The position numbers were made by a program, and so were the translations under genes. A stretch of 64,000 nucleotides of DNA, taken from Camelus ferus. Taxonomy: Eukaryota. The notes beneath the pieces were generated by a model. It had not been told where the DNA came from, ran no database searches, and saw only the letters and a list, made by a program, of their open reading frames with translations. The stretch covers positions 108,750,001-108,814,000 of the forward strand of contig NC_045696.1 of NCBI RefSeq assembly GCF_009834535.1. The letters run 5' to 3'. Below are positions 26,046-38,030 of this stretch, piece after piece (within the stretch, counting starts at the first letter, position 1; the number at the start of each line of letters is the position of its first letter).

Positions 26046-26099
26046 TACACACTGAGTTAGGTAATGAACTCGATGTGAGTTTCCGATGGTGAACAAAGA

Positions 26100-26600
26100 T
26101 ACAGAGTCCTGGTCACCACAGAGGTCACAGTATGGTCAAAGTGGGAGAGGGGTGGTGATGGGTCCAGTACTGACACACAGAGATGTGAAATCGGCAGCTG
26201 TGAAGAGAACCATGGAGAAAAGCTCCCTGGTCCTGAGATGACCTGTGATGGCGAGGCCAGCGTGGCTGGGGACACAAGGAAGGCAGCCTGAGGATGGGCC
26301 GAGTGAGCTGAGGCCCGAAGACGAGAGAGGAGAAGTCAAGAACGGCTCTGGTTTCTGGCCTTCACGATGTGCTAAGTTGGAGCCCACGTGTGCAGGTGGG
26401 GGAAGGAGAGAAGGGTGAATTCTGCTCAGGCCACATTGAGCAGCCAGTGAAAGACGTGGCAGGTGGATATGTGATCTGGGCTAGGGACAAACTTGGGAGT
26501 CACCTGTGTGTTCACAGAATCAGAGGCAACTGTCTGGGATAAGAACAGAGGGAGATGGGAGAGGGCTTGGATGAAAGCGAAGTCCTTGATCGGCCCTCTC
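26100..26600 (-). mobile_element. LINE-2 relic, opposite orientation to its neighbour
   Basis: GAGAAGTCAAGAACGGCTCTGGTTTCTGGCC...GATCTGGGCTAGGGACAAACTTGGGAGTCACC. Confidence 0.55.
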
Positions 26601-27244
26601 GCCCAGGCCAAGGGCCAGCTTGACCCTCCTGCCATGAAGCAGACAGGCTCAGAAACTGCTCAGGGCATCAGGAAACTACCCGGCTCTCTGTCCCTGCGAG
26701 AAGAGCTTTGGGGATAGGCCACCAAGCAACTGTCTCTAAAGGGCATTATTTGACTTTGAATGTTTCCCTAAAGGACAATTTTCCCTGGAAAAGGAGATCA
26801 GAAGTTTAAAGAAGACAGGTGGTGTGTACAAAAATCAAGGGAAAAATTAACCATACATCACGTCGATATCTTGTGAGAAAGCATGCAAGCCTTTAAACAA
26901 TCACGTGATTTTTAAGAGTGGCAAGTTCTTAATATGCAGGCCACCTGAGAAGTTGTCGCCCCATCACCTTTGCATAAAGTCCCGAGTGGGAGTGGGTAGG
27001 GTGCCCCAGTTGCCCAGTGTTCCTAGCAGGATTTGGATTTTGTCAGAGCGGGCAGGATCTGCTCCTGCTCCCATCCCTGCTTTGAGGAACAGCTCATCCA
27101 CGACCTCGCCATCCTGCCCCAAGATGGGATGCCTGCCCCTGGGGCAGCGAAAAGTTCAAACTCAGGGGAGAATGCAGGGGTGGGGCTACATCCTGCCCTG
27201 GGCCCTGAATCCGAGCGTCCCTGAGGCAGAACTGGGCGTGTCAG

Positions 27245-27761
27245 CGTAATAGAGAAGAATAAATCCAACTCCATATTAGAGCTATTCCTTCAGCTCTAAC
27301 CCTGTGCTGTTTCCTGTGCTTAGTCATGCTGGTTCTGCACCTTTTGTAAAAGAATGTCGCCTAGAGCCTGAAATACACAGGACAGCCCATTCTTAAGGCT
27401 CTGACCTTTAAGGGTAGAACACTTTTCCCTTTACATAGAGATAAAAAGTTGCAGAACTGAGAATAACATGTGTCTTGTTGGAAGTTTACAGGAACATCAT
27501 GACCTCACCTTTGTGGACAGTTGGGAGAACAAAGGATTCTGACACCAAGAAGTCTGCAACAACCAATCACACCCCTTCCCCTTTTTGTGTAAAAGGAGCC
27601 TGAATTCTGACTTGGGTAAGATGGTTCTCTAAGACATTAGTCCCCCATCTTCTCACTGTACTGGCTTTCCAAATAAAGTCATTATTCCTTGCCCCAACAT
27701 CTTGTCTCCCAATTTATTGGCCTGTCATGCGGCAAGCAGAATGAGTTTGGACTCAGTAACG
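27245..27761 (+). mobile_element. ERV1 solo LTR, MER41-like (similar to artiodactyl MER41 families)
   Basis: Starts (C/T)GTAATAGAGAAGAATAAATCCAACTCCATATTAG and ends TTTGGACTCAGTAAC(G/A). It has CCAAT at 27563-27567, TATA-like TGTAAAA at 27588-27594, AATAAA at 27672-27677, and an imperfect 4-bp TSD TCAG/TTAG. Confidence 0.75.
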
Positions 27762-27989
27762 TTAGGACTGGCTGTGACGTGCACCCTGGGGTGCAGAGCC
27801 ACACTGGGTCCTGGGCTGGAGGTTATCAAAGGCAGAGAAGGAGAGAGGAGGCATGCCTAGCCCATCCTGCTCCTGCTAACCTCACCCCTTCCTGGGATTA
27901 AGAGTCCATGCCCTCCTCCTGCCCTCTCCCTTCATGATGAAGCCCCACCACAAGCCAGGCACCCAAGCTAGGGACATGAATCTCATTCT

Positions 27990-28670
27990 AAACTCCTCCC
28001 CTGCTCCGTCCACAGCCCATCCATTGCCAAATGTTGCCAATGCCTCCCCCTTGGTTTCCTGTAAACTGTCTGAGTATCCCGTTTTAATTCCCCTCTTCTG
28101 ACCCACCCAAGACAGCTGCAAGAGCCTCTTAAACGCCTTTCTCTCAACTGTTCTCTACAATCCTGTCGGCAAGCCTGCCTGTTTTATTCTTCTGCCCAGG
28201 ACCCATCCATTCCCTAGAGGGTAAGTCCAAACTGCCAGCTCAGCAGCACGGTTCCAGTGCTGCACACCCACCACGGCCAATCCATACCCCAGCCCCATCT
28301 CAGTGCTGCCCACACCCTGCCATGTTCCATACACATAGACTCTTGCCTCTTACATCTTTTCATGACCCTATCCTTTTCAACCAGCTATTCCTCCTATTGG
28401 GAGGAGTTTCCAGACTCTCCAGTCACTACCTGTCAAACTCCTACTCACCCTCCAAAACCCACCTTGCACGCACCTTCCTGGTAAAGGCTTCTTGTCTCCC
28501 TCCGAAGTGCTCACTCCCAGCTCTGTGCCCACACCTGCCTGTCATCTTTCCACTGCTACAAAGATGTACTTCAGCTTATTCATGAACATGGTGGATCCCA
28601 CTGGAGGCCATGAGCTCCTCCAGACTGTTTCATCTCTATAGCTACAGGGTCTGGCCAGTGAACTAATGAA
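27990..28670 (+). mobile_element. LINE-2 relic
   Basis: AGGGTAAGTCCAAACT...CAAACTCCTACTCACCCTCCAAAACCCA...CCATGAGCTCCTCCAG...TTTCATCTCTATAG. Confidence 0.55.
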
Positions 28671-29042
28671 TCCAGAACACTGCTTTAAGGCAATTTCAGG
28701 TGAAAGAGAGCCTCCGCCCTTCTGAATTCCAGCCCCTCCTCAAGCCCTTGCCCTCTCTGTGGTCCCATGGGCAACACAGATGTCTGTCTGCCTGAGTGCC
28801 CACTGGCCCCAGTCCCACAGGCACACCCTAGTCACCTGGACGGCTGCATCCAGAGAGGGTCTGCATCTCCGCACCAGGGAGCCGCTCAGGATGACGAGCC
28901 TTGCTGTCGCCTCTGTGGATGGGCGGTGGACTCACACCTGTATTCCACCACCCAAAGGGGCAAATCAGGCTTTGCTCCCCAAAGCCGTCCTTGGCCCCAC
29001 AACTACCCAGTGAGGTTGAAGGATGGATGATCTGACACTCAC

Positions 29043-29107
29043 CCCTGATGCGGGATTGGCTGTCCAGCCCAGCTCTGCAGTAGCTGTCCTGGTGTCCATT
29101 AAAGTTT
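29043..29107 (-). CDS. EPHB1: EPH receptor B1, coding exon 2, 65 bp, phase 1 to phase 0
   Basis: The minus strand reads tttttctctttttggtctgcag|AA ACT TTA ATG GAC ACC AGG ACA GCT ACT GCA GAG CTG GGC TGG ACA GCC AAT CCC GCA TCA GGG|gtgagt, i.e. (E)TLMDTRTATAELGWTANPASG. This joins in frame to WEEVSGY of exon 3. It is absent from the ORF track. Confidence 0.96.
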
Positions 29108-29143
29108 CTGCAGACCAAAAAGAGAAAAATTGGTAAGTTAGAA
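29108..29143 (-). promoter_or_regulatory. Branch point and polypyrimidine tract of exon 2 acceptor
   Basis: Minus strand TTCTAAC (29143-29137, branch A about 29138) is followed by TTTTTCTCTTTTTGGTCTGCAG. Confidence 0.7.
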
Positions 29144-30112
29144 GAATTATGGGACAGTGGCCCTTACGTTCATGAAGTTACTTATAACTGTAAATGTCAG
29201 TGTTAGGAGTCCTGGACCCCTCAACCAAGCCCAAGGCTCAGAGAGGGGAAGAGGTCCGCCAGGACGACACGGCTCATGGCAGAGCTGGGCACAGACCTCA
29301 GGTCTCCTGATGCTAAGTCTCTACCCAAATGACCCCAAGCCACCTGTATGGGGTGAAGTCACCTGCCCGCTCATCACTTTTCCCCCAAGACGTGGCTTCT
29401 TCCCACATCCTCTTCCCGCACGTCCACATCACCGGCTCTTCCCAGGCTGTGTTGATCCAGTAGCCAAATCTAATTCTTCCTTCCAGCCTTCCTCGGCAAC
29501 CTCCTTCCGTCCTCCCCTGCCTACTGGGTTGCCTCTCCACCCTCGCCCTTCTGCTATCCTTTCTCCCCACCACTCTCCTCTGCCTTCCCTCCAGCATCCG
29601 TGTTGACACTTACTCTTGGGTGATTTCCCTTCAGCTCCTCTGGCCTCAACGCTCAGCCTTCCTGCAGGTCCCTCTGCCCCTGAGCCCAGATACACAGCCA
29701 CCCCCTCCCTAAGACTCTGCTGGGGGCTCACGCAGCTTTGGCAAAGGCCTTACCCAGAACACAAAAGCACATCTCAGACCCCAGGGACCTGCTTCCTGGT
29801 TACAATCCCTCTGGCCAGCGAGGGAGACAGACGCCCTGACTTGGCTGTGGCTCCCAGGAGCTCCCGGGTGGCTGCAGCTCACACACAGAGGTCGCCAGGC
29901 ACTATGTGGATCACAGAGTTGATATTCATCAAAACTGTTTTCTGGCAGACAGCAGTAAAGTGTCCTGGACACAGGGTACCTTTTTCTTTTTTTATTCCTC
30001 TCCTTTTCCTTCTATTATTGACTGTTGTCAAACCCCACTTCTCAATGGAAACTCTTCCCAAAAGGCGGATCAGAGCTCTGACTTGTAAACCCAAAACCCC
30101 TTCGTTTTTAGG

Positions 30113-31270
30113 GTTTTTTTTTTTTTTAACAGCTTTGTTGAGGTAGAAATGACATACAATAAACATAATTAAAGCATAATATTTGATAAGTTTTGACATC
30201 TATTTATACCCATGAAACCATCACCACAATCAAGACAATGAACATAGCCATCATTCCCAGAAATTCCCTGTCCCTTTGTAATTCCTTCTTCCCCCATCCC
30301 TGCCCCAGCCTGTCACTGTCCCCAGGCAGTGACTGCTCTGCTTTCTGTCATATATAGAATAGATTAATTGGTATTTTCTAGACTTTTACATAAATGGAAT
30401 CATGTAGTACATACTGTTTTCTTAATCTGGCTTCTTTGACTTGGCATATTTAAGATTGATCACGTTGTATCAATAGTGTATTCCTTTTTATTGCCGAATA
30501 GTGTCCCACTGTATGGAGAGATGACATTTCTGTCTACCTATTCATCTGGCATTTCCAGTTTTTGGCAACTACATGAGACAAATTCTTTTTAAATTTTATT
30601 TATTTACTTTAATGGAGGTACCGCAGACCTGAACCCAGGATCCTGTGCACGCTAAGTGAGCACCTTACCACTGAGCTATACCCTACCCCCTACATGAAAG
30701 AAATTGCATGAAGAGTTCTAGTTCCTCCACATCTGCACCAACACCTGGCATGATCAGGCATTTTTCATTTTGGCCATTTTAATAGATGTGTAGTGGTATC
30801 TCATTATGGTTTTAATTTTCGTTTCCTTAATGTAGAAGGATGCTAAACATCCTTTCACACAATAATTTGTCACCTGTATATCTCTCTTAGTGAAGTGTCT
30901 GTTTAACATTTTTCCATTTTTTAATTGGGTTATTTTCTTATTATTGAGTTTGGAAAGTTATTTATATATTCTGGATACGAGTCCTTTATCAGACGCACAC
31001 TTTGCAAATATTTTCTCACATTCTGTGGCTTCTCTCTTTAACAGTGTCTTTCAAAAAGTAGACACTTTAAATTTTAGAGAATTTACCCAGTTTTTCTTTT
31101 ATGGTTGGTGTCACATCTAAGAAATCTTTGCCTAACCCAAGATCACAAAGATTTTCTCCTACCTAGGTCTAAGATCTATTTTGAGTTAATTTTTGCTTAA
31201 GGTGGGAGCTATGAGTCAAATATACAATTGATTTTATCGTGTGGATATCCAATGTTCCAGAGCAGCACCT
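30113..31270 (-). mobile_element. Old L1 (L1MB/L1MC class) 3' end, interrupted by a SINE
   Basis: Poly(T) is followed by AACAGCTTTGTTGAGGTAGAAATGACATACAATAAAC...AAACCATCACCACAATCAAG...AAATGGAATCAT...TGTAGTGGTATCTCATTATGGTTTTAATTT...TTGCAAATATTTTCTC. Confidence 0.87.
30585..30690 (-). mobile_element. Vic-1-like tRNA-derived SINE nested in an older L1
   Basis: The reverse complement is GGGGGTAGGGTATAGCTCAGTGGTAAGG...GGGTTCAGG...TACCTCCATTAAAGTAAATAAATAAAA. A 15-bp TSD is present: TACATGAGACAAATT (30570-30584) and TACATGAAAGAAATT (30691-30705). Confidence 0.85.
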
Positions 31271-34200
31271 TTTTAAATCACATAATGGTGCCATTGAGGC
31301 TAGCAGAGGGGTCTTATCCACCTGAATGTCCCACGACATGTATCAAAGGTCCAGGCACAGCCCATCCTAGCTGCACAGGTGCTCAACAAGCAGGGGCACA
31401 GGGAATATGTATGATGTGTTATTTTGGTTTCTCTCGCTTCTCTTTTCTCCTGAGCATCCCCCTACCCCATGTGAACAGCCACTCCCTGCTCACTGTTTCA
31501 GGCAGAAGACAGGAAGTCTGAATGCAGAATGCAGAGTCCTGGGCCCCTTAGGAAAACGGATTCTTGGCATAAACCAAAGGTTTTGGAAGAAAGTCATCCT
31601 ATTGGCAGGACAGAGGGAATGAAAATAGAGTGACAAATGAGGAGCTGAGTTGAGAAAGGGGGTTGCCTACGCTCTGGTCTCCCGGTGCTCAACCCCAGAG
31701 AAGGGATGGTAGGAGTCTGTGGGGGTGACAAGACTTCAACCTTGGACCTTGGTCACCCAGCATCCCAGCCAGGAGCGACCACACCAGGCTGACATGGCCC
31801 AGATAGACAGAGGGAGGTCTAATTAAGGGGACCCAGAGCCACCCCATGGTGACCTGCATGGACTATACGCAAGGGTCAGACAGGGTCCGGTGTCTCAACA
31901 GGTGCTGGTGTGGACAGAAGCTAACAGGTCAGTGCTGCACCATCTTCCACTGACACTGCATAGCTTGCCTGCACCCTGAGTAACCCAGTGGAATGGGGCT
32001 CACACTGCAAACAGGAGAGTCAACAAATACAGCCAGCTGGACTTTCTTGCCTATTTAAGTTTGGGTTTGGCTGGAGAGTCGTGGCCCATGCACATCTGAA
32101 GGAACGCAAGCACTGGTACAGACTTCTCAAGTTTGCTTTCTCCTCTGGTCTTCTGACAGCTGGGGAGGCCGATCCCTGCACCGAGCAGCCCTCCCTCTCT
32201 CCCCCGTCTCCACTTCACAGCACTAATAATGATCATAATGACACACCAAATTTACATAATACACTTCTCAGAAGGCACTCCACGTGGCCCTGAAGAAATT
32301 CATCTCCTTGATTAAAATGCCTTCGCCAGGTGGGCCTGAAGCAGGAGTCACTGAACCCATTTGGCAGACTTGGGGACCAGGGCGCAGAAAGGTATAGTGG
32401 CTCCTACAGGGTCACGCAGCCTTCCACGCTGATGCTGACAGCCTCAACTCTCAGCCTGCCGCCCAGCAGACAGATCTGGGCATCCGGGGACTCTGCTGTG
32501 GTCCTGGGATGGGGGTCCTTGCTCATAAAGCCAAAGGCCACCAAAGCCCTAAAGCAATGTATATAGTGGCGCTCTCCAACCTCAGGATCACGTTGAAGTA
32601 GCAGGGAACACGCAGAGGATATGGGCAGGGAGGGAAATACAGTCCAGAATCAAAAGTAAGAGTCAGCCTTCACTCCTAAACCTTCCAAGAGCTGGTCTGT
32701 TTTGTTAACCCCATTAATACAATCGAAGACTTGATTATAATCATGGTTTCCTGCTCAAGGGCTGTCACTGAATCTGTTTCTAAATAATGTCTTCCATCCA
32801 CCCTCTTGGACAGAAGTTACAGCAATAGGAATGCATCTCTCTGCATCCTGCCTGCGGCGGAGATGGAAGACCACAAGACCATAAACCATCCACTCAGTAT
32901 GATTAAGGGCAGTTTGTGTTCTGGCACGGAGCGCTCCTGATTATGGCATTACACTCTGGTGGGGGCTGAATTAAAGTGATCTGAGAAGGTTTACATCTCC
33001 CTGGAGAAGAAGAGAGTACTCATTTGCATTTATAAAGCATATTGAGAGTTCTGGCAGAAAGTTATGGTGGAAGCACAATTAAATATTTACCATCACTTCT
33101 GCTCTCAAACAGTGGCATGGGGACCAAACCAGCTGGAGGTGCATGTGTTGCTGTCAGACCCGATGCCTACAGGGGACATGGCTCTGGGACCCATACCCAC
33201 CACCTGGCCTCTGCTCTCTGGGAGCACGTACTCGCTGCCCAAGGGAGGGAGGCTGGGGAGGAGGACACACAGAGTGGAAAGAGGGCATCGGTGTGGGCAG
33301 TCAGGGTCCAGGTCCCACTCCCACCACTTAGCGGCCACTTCTTTCTCCCTCCCTCCTCATCTGCAGAACGGGGCTAGAGCGAGTTAGTGCATAGGACTGT
33401 GGGTGGACTGCATTACCCAAAGCACCAAAAACAAATGCTTTCATTATTATAACTTAATCACCCCAAGCTTCAGTTTCCTAGCTATGATAGAAAGAATCTA
33501 ATGATGGTATCTGTAAACTACCCATAAGAGATGTATAAGAGTCAGCGATGGTAACCACCTACTGGTATCTCCTCTACCTCCTTCTTTGTGAGGACCAAGG
33601 AGTCACACATGTAGAGGATACAGCAGAGAATGAGAGCGATGGGTCCCCTAGATAGGGGTGGGTCTTATGGTCTAGTTGAGGGAGGGACAAAAAGCAAAGA
33701 ACCACTCAGCATCCTACACTGGCCGAGCCCATGAGAAAGAGACTGAGATACTCAAGGGAAGGGACACGGTTCTTCTCCAGGTGGGGAGTAGGTGGGCCCA
33801 CCCAAAAAGGAGACTCACACTGTGTGTGAGCAGAGGCAGACACTATGGTCCCCTGGACAGAGTGGGCGGCAGTGGCAAGGGAGAATGGAGATCTCCACCT
33901 GGCACTTGGGACAAAGAGGACACAGTGACTTCCCAGGGCAACCAGGGAGGAGTAGAGACAGGCTGATGAGAATGAAGTGGGAGCCATCCAAACACAAGGG
34001 AGGGTGAGGAGGACTGAGCCAGAGGGGAGGGGAGGCCGCGAGGGGAGACAGAAGGGGCCTCTGGCAAGAGCCGGCTGGACTGGCAAGAACCCGAGAGGGG
34101 TGGGGCCATGAGAAGCCTAGCAAAGAGACCCCATTTTCCCAGGGAACAATCTCCCTGCTGCGGCTTCAGTATGGAAACCCTCAGGGTTCCCCTCTCCGAC

Positions 34201-35114
34201 CATGGTGGGCCGCCACCCTAGGGTCCCGGTGGTGGGGCCAGTCTGAGCCCCTTCGAGGAGAAAGAGGCAGCTGCCACCCTTCTCTGCAGACAGTCCTCGA
34301 TTCTGTCTGGATTGGCACCTTGGGATGTATTGACATTTGGGATGAATTAGATGCCCATCATGGTGAAAGAGAGATAAATAAACCCTCTCCTTACAGCTCT
34401 GCCACTCTTTTTGGAAAGACATCAATCAGACATTCAGCTGAAAATATTTACAACGTCCTTCCATGGTGGTAACAACATACAACAACATATACAGATGGAA
34501 TGGGGCCTTGCAAGCCTCCTCTGAGCAGTGCCTCATGTGTATTTGATAAGGCAAGTCCACGGACCTTCCAAGCAGGGAAGCAGCCATGCAATCACTGCCC
34601 TGTGCTGCCCTCTGTGGCCCAGAGGACTCCTGAAACCCAGTAGCCACAGGACAGAGTGGGTTCAGGAACCCAGCTCCCATCATGTAAATGCCAGGAGTTA
34701 ACGGGTCAGCCCACTGCAGCCCCTCGGCCTCCCTCTGCCTTCATGAGGCGTCAGGATCACTGGAAGGGAGCTGAAATGTGGTAGCATAAAGGGATGCTGG
34801 TGTCTGTTCAACCAAGGTTGTCCGAGTCACTCCTGCAGACAAGTGGGTGCTGTGCCGGCACCAGAGGCAGAGCAGAGAAGGACAGACACCCCAGCCCTTG
34901 GGGAGCCTGCGGGCAAGTGGAAAGATGGAAATTAATCAAATAATCACGCAGCTCAGTCTGCAACCACAGCCAGGGTGAATGGCAGGGAGGGGAATCCCAG
35001 GGACAGTTGTGAACACGGAATAAAATGACAGGTGTACGGAGCCTGGCACACAGTGGGCACGCCCTCCTTCCTTCCCCAGGCCCTGGCTGATGGAAGCACA
35101 GGGACTTGCCCCTT

Positions 35115-35117
35115 CAC

Positions 35118-35154
<37 letters not shown>
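35115..35154. repeat. (CA)n microsatellite with two TA interruptions
   Basis: Read directly from the sequence. Confidence 0.95.
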
Positions 35155-35156
<2 letters not shown>

Positions 35157-36164
35157 AATAGGACGTATAGGAAATAGTCTCCCCAACGCCCAGATCCAGA
35201 GCATGCCGGTGACCCCAGTATGCAGGGCAGCCCTGACCACAGGGACGCCCTCAGCCTCTCCAGGGATCCCCGGTGCTGCCCTCCAGACCAGGACTCCCTG
35301 GAGCTCACATCCTTCAACCCCTACCCCAGGCGCCTGTAGTGCCCTGGCTCCCTGGCCCTGGTCTGCCTACCACAGCGGCCTGCCAGGGACTCACTGTGGA
35401 GGCTTCTTGGAGCTCTTTCCCCAGACCCTCCCTGGGGCTGTGTCTAGTCTTCACAGGTCCCACTCACTGGGACAACCAGCCCCGTTGGCACGGGAACTCC
35501 TGATGATGCCTTCAGGACTCCCCAGGTGACACCCTGCCCTCGATATTCAAGCCCCTGACCAAGGCCCCAGAACCACAGTTTCTAAGCCCCAACTTCTCAC
35601 CTGCCCAGACTTCCTACTGCCAGTACAGGCAGCCTCCCTGGAATCTCATCCCCATCCTTCTGAATTGGCCTCAGATTGCCTCCCTGGACCAGAGGAGGGA
35701 GAGGTCCGCTGGCTCTGGTCCGGGGATGGCACGGGCTGAGTGGGAACTGTTAAGGGCATGAGCTCAGGGACTCATGGTCTGGGCCCTGGGCCCAGCGCAG
35801 CTGTAAAAGAGTGATGTTAGAAAGTGTTCTGCACAAGCCCTCACACCCCATCCATGTGTCCACCCATCCGGATCTTCTGCTTACTTGCCTCCCTCCACCC
35901 ATTCTCTGGAGCCCAGGTGTGAAACCTCGAGAGAGGCATTCAGCTTTGATTCCTTGTTCTCCCTCAGCCTCTCACCAAATCATTCATCACGCCACAGTGA
36001 TTCTTTGCAGCATCTTCTTTAGCTGCATTCTTGGCAACCCATCTGAGTCCAGGGCTTTAGCCCTGTGCCCTGGGACCATAGCAACTGCCTCCTAGCTGTG
36101 TCTTGGCAGAAGCCCCAGTCTGCACCACTCACCATGCAGCTGCCAAGTTCTACTCTTGCTGTCA

Positions 36165-36440
36165 ATGTAAATGGTTCAAAGGCAATACGGCCACGCCAAG
36201 CAAAGGTTTACGGAATCCCAGGTCCTCTGATCACACAGTGATGTCACCCCCAAGAATCTGTCCAAAGGAAATAATTCCAAAAGAAAAGGAAACAAACGCT
36301 CTATATCATGAAGATGTTCATTACAGCAGTGTTTAGAACCCGGGAACACTAGACTCAGCCTATCCGGAGGGGAAGGAAATGCTGGACAGAACACTCCTGG
36401 TCACGTGCCTGGAGTGTTACAAAGACAATGTAACAGCATC
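36165..36440 (+). mobile_element. Highly decayed L1ME-like fragment (ORF2 end)
   Basis: AAGAATCTGTCCAAAGGAAATAATTC...GAAGATGTTCATTACAGCAGTGTTTA resembles the L1 ORF2 terminus. Confidence 0.5.
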
Positions 36441-38030
36441 AGAACCTCAGCAATAAAACAGACCAGGAAACAGAAATGTACATGCCTCACAGATGCAACT
36501 CTGGAAACAGCTTCAGTGGAATAAAACTGCGGTGTTAAGTACAAAGACTAGACAGCCAGGTGCAAGAGCTGTGGGCCTAGGGGCGTCAGTTTGCCGATGG
36601 GCTTCCGTACTATTACCGTGTTGTTTTAGAAGATGTAAGTTCAGAAATAGAAATCCAACCAGTCTTCTAAAAGTACGTCTTTCACCTCACCTCACTCCCC
36701 TACTTCATGATTTTCAGTCTCTCCACTCATCCGAGATACGCCACAAAGTTCTGGGTTTCATGAACCTTCTGATTCGAGGCCACCTTTTCCAAACTGATCT
36801 TCCTTCAGTTCCCCAGAGGAAACCCGTCACTTCCCCTCCACTCCTCCAACCTGCACTCGGGCTGGTCCTCCTGCCTGGAAGGGCTTCTTCCTCCTCACTA
36901 CCTAAAATTGTGTTCTGAATCTCCCCTCCTCAAGTTCATTGCAAGTACCTTGAGAAGGCAGAGCTGTGACTCATAGCCCATGGAGTTTGATCAGGTGCCT
37001 TAGACAGCATAAATGCTCAATCAGCTCCCGAGACCTGGGTTCCAGTCCCAGCTCCGTGACTGACAAGCAGATCAAGTCAGGGCTGAGTGTCAAAGCCGGA
37101 CTTTCACAGAAGAGGCATGTCTCCAGCATCCACCAGCCAATGAGGCCAGGCCCAGAGAGATGCTGTGTATACTCTTAAGAACTCTTACTGGAATAACATC
37201 TATTACTGTCTCTGCCAAGTGTAAAATGCTAGGTGAAAAGAAGCTGTTATTACAGAAGTCTCCATGGACTGATGTGCAGTAGTGGCTGGCGAGGAAGAGA
37301 AACAAGCCTGAGTAAACAGGCGAGCTGGTCCAGCCCATCTGCTGAATGACTGACTGACTGAATGAGTCGGAACAGGCACTTAAATTATAAATATAAACTG
37401 TGAAATTTGCTCTTTTAAAGAACACACAGATTAGCGCAGTCCTCCCCACCACACCCTTCTCCTTCTGTTTCTTTTATTTTCCAAGGTTTAATTAATTATC
37501 GTAAAAGAAGCCACAGCGTCGATGGGTCACAGCATAGCACTGTGCCTCTGGGAGGCGGGAGGGGCTCTGGATCTGGTCTCGGTTCACACATGGCAGAGCC
37601 CGTGCACAAGCCGGGGAGCCCCGAGGCCCAGCTCTGGTTTCCCTCCCTCCCCTCCTACAGAGCCAGGCTCCCCGGGAAGCAGACCAGAGCGTAGGGACGT
37701 GATCTGGTCTGTTTAACTGAGGAACTGGAAAGGGCTGGGGACACACCTCAGGGCTGCCTTCTCTGCCCAGCCCAGCTCAGACATGGAACCTCGCTTGGAG
37801 GGGGTCCCTCTCCTCTCTGGCCTCAGTGGGTCACTTCCAGTTCCCAGTCACTAGAGTGGTCGCCAAGAAATATGGCAAAAAACCACAAGGCACCTCCAGA
37901 GCCTGGGTAGATCCCTCCGCCTCCTGAGCCCCCAGGTCGGGCTGGGTCCTGCGGTGACTTGGCCGTGTATACACCCACACCCTGCAAATGCTTTTTCCTA
38001 GTAAAATAGAAACATCCTTGCTTTAGGAGA

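Larger units (their letters stand above)
6206..29042 (-). other. EPHB1: EPHB1 intron 2 (22,837 bp, GT-AG, phase 0)
   Basis: Bounded by the exon 2 donor GTGAGT and the exon 3 acceptor CAG. Confidence 0.93.

Noticed and set aside
30890..31120. Short hydrophobic ORFs (also 46851-47039 and 11113-11340)
   Set aside because: These are antisense translations of decayed L1 sequence.
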